Shown: in pieces, positions 54,660 to 57,733 of the stretch | Numbering within the stretch: position 1 is the first letter of the stretch | How the letters are laid out: every line of letters begins with the position of its first letter | NCBI GenBank assembly: GCA_042217545.1 | Contig: JBDGSM010000017.1 | Location: 4,755-62,487, forward strand | Direction: 5' to 3' | Length of the DNA: 57,733 nucleotides | From: Candidatus Nanohalobium sp. | GTDB taxonomy: Archaea; Nanohalarchaeota; Nanosalinia; Nanosalinales; Nanosalinaceae | Translations under genes and position numbers: made by a program | The notes under the pieces: generated by a model | Databases searched by the model: none | Told to the model about the DNA's origin: nothing | The model's input: the letters and a program-made list of their open reading frames with translations, nothing else

Positions 54660-56930
54660 ATGGGAGTCCTGGACAAGATCAAAGGCAGCAGCACCGACAA
54701 GGACCAAGTAAAGGAAGAAGTGAATGAACAGGTCAAAGAACTCAAGGAACAGGCCTCCAACCAGAAAAAAGAAGAAAACTCACAGGAAGAAATACAGGAG
54801 AAGGACGAGACAACCGAAGAACGTCCAGAACCTGAAGAAATAGAGGAAAAAGAAGAGCAGGAAAGAGAGGAGGAAGAAGCGGAAGAGACCTCACAGGAAG
54901 AAGATTCTGAACAGGTTGAAGAAGAAAGCAGTTCCGAAGATTCTGAGGCCTCAGAAAAAGATGATGAAGCAGACGATGAGCCGGAGACTGTCGGAGCTAT
55001 CGCAAGAGAGGACCAGGACATAGACTACGATCCCGAGGAGCATCAGGACCAGGAAGAGGAAGAAGACGAGATAGAGCTCCAGGACCTTATGCAGAAGACC
55101 GAGAAGCTGGAAGGCCGGTTCGAATCATTCGAGAGCTTCCAGGATCAGGTAAACCAGCGTCTCAGCAATCTTTCCGAGAAGATCGGCGAAGTCCGCTCCA
55201 TGGTCCTGGAACAGGAGAAAGAAGTTGACGACATCAAACAGGGCTACAAGAAGATAGAAGACATCTACGAGGACATGGAGCCCGAAAAGATCAATAAACG
55301 ATTTGAAAAGATCAAGGGCAACGTCGACAAGATCCAAGGCCAATCAGAACAGAACAAAGAACTTCTGGACAACTTACAGAACACCGTAGATGACATAGAA
55401 GACGCACTTGACCAGGTAGACGACTTCGACAACCTGGCGGAGATGCATGAATCACTGCAGAAGAAAGTGGACAAGGTAGAGCAACTCAAACGTGAAGTAA
55501 ACGAGAAAGAATCCAAAGTCGAGTCAATGTTCGGCGAACTGGAGGAAAGACTGCCAGAACTCGACTCAGTAAAACAGAAGACCGAACAGCACGAAGAAAT
55601 GCTACAGAACCAGGTAAAAGACATAGACCAGGTCAAACTCGATTTAGACGACAAACTGGACGAAGAAAGCATCACAGACAAGCTCGAAGAAGTCCTGGAC
55701 GACGAAGAAAAGGATATAGAAGGCCTTGTAACCAGGAAAGACCTCGAAGAGGAAATGCAGGAAGAAAGAGAAAGCCTAAAAGACCTGGAAACAGACGTGC
55801 AAGGCCTGAAGGAGGATATAAAATCCCGACAGGAAGACATAGATGCCGTAGGCGAAAACGAGGAGAAGATACAGGACCTCAAAGACAGGATTCGGGGCCT
55901 GGAGGACACGGCCGAGGAGGAGGACGAAAAAATACAGGAGGAAACCGAAAAGCTCCGCGGAAGACTTGAAGAACTGGAAGGTCATGTAAAGGACAGGGAG
56001 AACATCAAATCAATAGTAAAGACCTACCAGGAGGCAAAGAACAGCAAACTCCAGAGCAGATTTGAAGACATCGAGGAAAGACTTGAGGAAGCGGAGAGCA
56101 ATGATGAAGAGGAAGAACTCCAGGAAGAAGTTCAGGACCTGGAAGAAGAAGTTGAAGGCCTTAAGGACAACCTCAAGACACTTAGAGAGAGCTCCGGCGA
56201 CAAAGAAAAGATCGAAGAGCTTGAAGAACAGTTCAGAGGCCTCGAAGAAGAGCTGGACGAGGAAATGGATGATCTCAAGCAGAACCTGGATAGCGGCGAG
56301 GAGCTCTCGGAACTCGAGGAAAGAATCGGAGAACTCGAGAAACGTGAGAGAGGTCTCGAAGAGAAGATAGACGAAAGAGTTGATGAAAAAGTCTCCGGCG
56401 TACGTGAGAAAGCTGAAAAAGCGGAGAAGAACGGCGACAAGATCGAGATCCTGCGCAAGGACTTCAAAGAAGCAAAGGAGAAGAGAAGCAGCGATGTCGA
56501 AGACCTTGAGGAAGAGGTATCAAACGTACAGGAACGTCTGAACTCCAAGGAAGACCAGGAAGATTTCAACAAGCTTGAGAACCGTGTCGAAGAAGTTGAA
56601 GGCCTGAAAGACGACATTGATAAGATCGAGGAGAACCGTGAACGCCTAGAAAGCCTTAAGAAAGGTGTTAAAGAGCTTCAGGAAGACGAGAACTCGGGCC
56701 AGGAGGACCTGAGGGAGAAGGCCTCAGACCTGGATAAGAAGGTTAGAGAACTTGAGGAGAAAGTCGACGGCGGAAGCAGTCTCGAGGAACGTGTTGAAGA
56801 AATCGAGAAGGAGCTTAAGAACGGCAGGGACCTTGAACAGGAGGTTCAGGAGCTCTCTGAACTTGTGCTAAAACTGGCAAGACAGCAGCAAGGATTCGGC
56901 GATGAAGGAGTACAAGAACGTAGAATGTAG
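54660..56930 (+). CDS. Hyper-acidic coiled-coil protein (756 aa)
   Basis: A roughly 150-aa E/D/S-rich disordered N-terminus is followed by about 600 aa of heptad-like E/K/L/D repeats. It starts 35 nt after the ATPase gene on the same strand. Confidence 0.75.
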   Translation: MGVLDKIKGSSTDKDQVKEEVNEQVKELKEQASNQKKEENSQEEIQEKDETTEERPEPEEIEEKEEQEREEEEAEETSQEEDSEQVEEESSSEDSEASEKDDEADDEPETVGAIAREDQDIDYDPEEHQDQEEEEDEIELQDLMQKTEKLEGRFESFESFQDQVNQRLSNLSEKIGEVRSMVLEQEKEVDDIKQGYKKIEDIYEDMEPEKINKRFEKIKGNVDKIQGQSEQNKELLDNLQNTVDDIEDALDQVDDFDNLAEMHESLQKKVDKVEQLKREVNEKESKVESMFGELEERLPELDSVKQKTEQHEEMLQNQVKDIDQVKLDLDDKLDEESITDKLEEVLDDEEKDIEGLVTRKDLEEEMQEERESLKDLETDVQGLKEDIKSRQEDIDAVGENEEKIQDLKDRIRGLEDTAEEEDEKIQEETEKLRGRLEELEGHVKDRENIKSIVKTYQEAKNSKLQSRFEDIEERLEEAESNDEEEELQEEVQDLEEEVEGLKDNLKTLRESSGDKEKIEELEEQFRGLEEELDEEMDDLKQNLDSGEELSELEERIGELEKRERGLEEKIDERVDEKVSGVREKAEKAEKNGDKIEILRKDFKEAKEKRSSDVEDLEEEVSNVQERLNSKEDQEDFNKLENRVEEVEGLKDDIDKIEENRERLESLKKGVKELQEDENSGQEDLREKASDLDKKVRELEEKVDGGSSLEERVEEIEKELKNGRDLEQEVQELSELVLKLARQQQGFGDEGVQERRM

Positions 56931-57231
56931 ACGCTGCGGCTACCAGTGGTATTCTGAACAGTTTGAAGAGGAAGGTGATGTTCCCAGTCAGTGTCCACGG
57001 TGTTATCAGGAGGCGGTACGTGAGATACCGGAGCCACCTACCAGATTTGATATCTGGAGGGAGGAAACAGCGAAGAAGTGGAACGAGCTGCCCGGAAAGA
57101 TCAAGAAGACAAAGCATAGGGCCGTGGTCTGGAAGGAAAACAACAAACTCCTGATCTCGCTGATCAATACAGGCCTTATCATCACTTTACTGGTTGCCGG
57201 CTTAATTTACCTGCTTTTCGTCCGGGGGTAG
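56902..57231 (+). CDS. Zn-ribbon protein with C-terminal transmembrane anchor
   Basis: CRRCG...CPRC four-Cys ribbon and a C-terminal helix LLISLINTGLIITLLVAGLIYLLF. It overlaps the upstream gene by 29 nt. The start is uncertain. Confidence 0.5.
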   Translation: MKEYKNVECRRCGYQWYSEQFEEEGDVPSQCPRCYQEAVREIPEPPTRFDIWREETAKKWNELPGKIKKTKHRAVVWKENNKLLISLINTGLIITLLVAGLIYLLFVRG

Positions 57232-57233
57232 GA

Positions 57234-57258
57234 GAAAGACTTTAATCCACGCAGATAG
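57234..57258 (+). repeat. 25-nt direct repeat copy 1 (GAAAGACTTTAATCCACGCAGATAG), promoter-like
   Basis: Perfect match to 57600-57624. It contains a TTTAAT box. Confidence 0.8.
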
Positions 57259-57336
57259 TATATCTTCTATCTATTGCTCTGTTACAAATCCAAAGCCTAG
57301 AACACATTTTTAAGCTCCAGACATATAAGTTCGAAT

Positions 57337-57576
57337 ATGAAATCTTTAGTAGAGCTTTTTGTAACCTCCATCGGTATATTCATCGTCGCTGTAGGGATAG
57401 CAGTGTTGGATTCTAGTCTTATTCCCGGGTTATCAGCTTACCGAACTCCTCTGGCTATTCTTATTATCTTACTTGGAGGATCGATTGGAATTTACGGCCT
57501 CGGACTCAACTCCGATGAATCAAAGAAAGATAGGCTCCTTGACTTTTTGGAAGCCCTTCTACAAGGAGCGCCTTGA
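57337..57576 (+). CDS. Small two-helix membrane protein
   Basis: 79-aa hydrophobic ORF flanked by a 25-nt direct repeat. Confidence 0.45.
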   Translation: MKSLVELFVTSIGIFIVAVGIAVLDSSLIPGLSAYRTPLAILIILLGGSIGIYGLGLNSDESKKDRLLDFLEALLQGAP

Positions 57577-57599
57577 TAGGACCTCTAGAAAACCTAAAG

Positions 57600-57624
57600 G
57601 AAAGACTTTAATCCACGCAGATAG
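57600..57624 (+). promoter_or_regulatory. 25-nt direct repeat copy 2; probable enolase promoter (TTTAAT box about 28 nt upstream of the ATG)
   Basis: Perfect match to 57234-57258. The spacing to the ATG at 57638 fits a leaderless archaeal transcript. Confidence 0.45.
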
Positions 57625-57637
57625 AAAGTTTTCTACA

Positions 57638-57733
57638 TGAAAATAGATTCTCTCAAATTAAGAGAAATCATTGATTCAAGGACCAAAACCACTGTAGAAG
57701 CCGAAATAAACGGAAGCTACGGTAAAGCACCTT
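57638..57733 (+). CDS. eno: Enolase, 5' fragment (continues beyond the window)
   Basis: MKIDSLKLREIIDSRTKTTVEAEINGSYGKAP matches the enolase N-terminus pattern (REILDSRGNPTVE). Confidence 0.7.

Noticed and set aside
1-57733. Search for tRNA, rRNA, CRISPR arrays, transposases/IS elements and integrases
   Set aside because: No spacer between the CDSs is longer than about 105 nt, and none of them shows tRNA-like cloverleaf potential or repeat-spacer periodicity. No ORF shows DDE or tyrosine/serine recombinase motifs.

Overview
The window is a gene-dense archaeal segment with short spacers, frequent ATGA/GTGA start-stop overlaps and very acidic proteins. I infer a salt-in halophile with a DPANN/Nanohaloarchaeota-like gene repertoire; this is not proven. 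GC is about 45-50% by eye.

Layout:
- 1-4.9 kb: an operon of a 5'-truncated double-vWA protein plus five small proteins, each with one N-terminal hydrophobic helix (pilin-like).
- 4.9-9.1 kb (minus strand): an ABC transporter with one ATPase and two tandem permease pairs.
- 9.2-23.8 kb: an information-processing block. It holds XPB helicase, a METTL5-like methyltransferase, RpoL, DUF99, signal peptidase, TFS, an OB-fold protein, PCNA, MsrB, a fused PriS/PriL-CTD-like primase, GINS, UMP kinase, L44e, S27e, aIF2-alpha, Nop10, a PAC2-like protein and RpoK.
- 23.8-57.2 kb: the unusual part. A 1,303-aa Cys-rich surface protein is transcribed divergently from one uninterrupted 24.9-kb ORF (8,305 aa). 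Downstream of the giant ORF are a 625-aa paralogue of its C-terminal module, a 756-aa hyper-acidic coiled-coil protein and a small Zn-ribbon membrane protein.
- The giant protein reads as signal peptide, repeat families, beta-propeller, dozens of Ig-like domains, a CBM4_9-like domain and a LamG-like lectin domain. It ends in a TM helix and a cytoplasmic HerA/FtsK-type P-loop ATPase.
- The window ends with a small membrane-protein gene and the 5' end of enolase.

Two sequence-level oddities stand out. The 3' ends of the giant gene and its small paralogue share a 491-bp perfect repeat. The palindrome AGGCCT is about 15-fold over-represented across the whole window, in all codon phases and in spacers.

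I found no rRNA, tRNA, CRISPR array or transposase.
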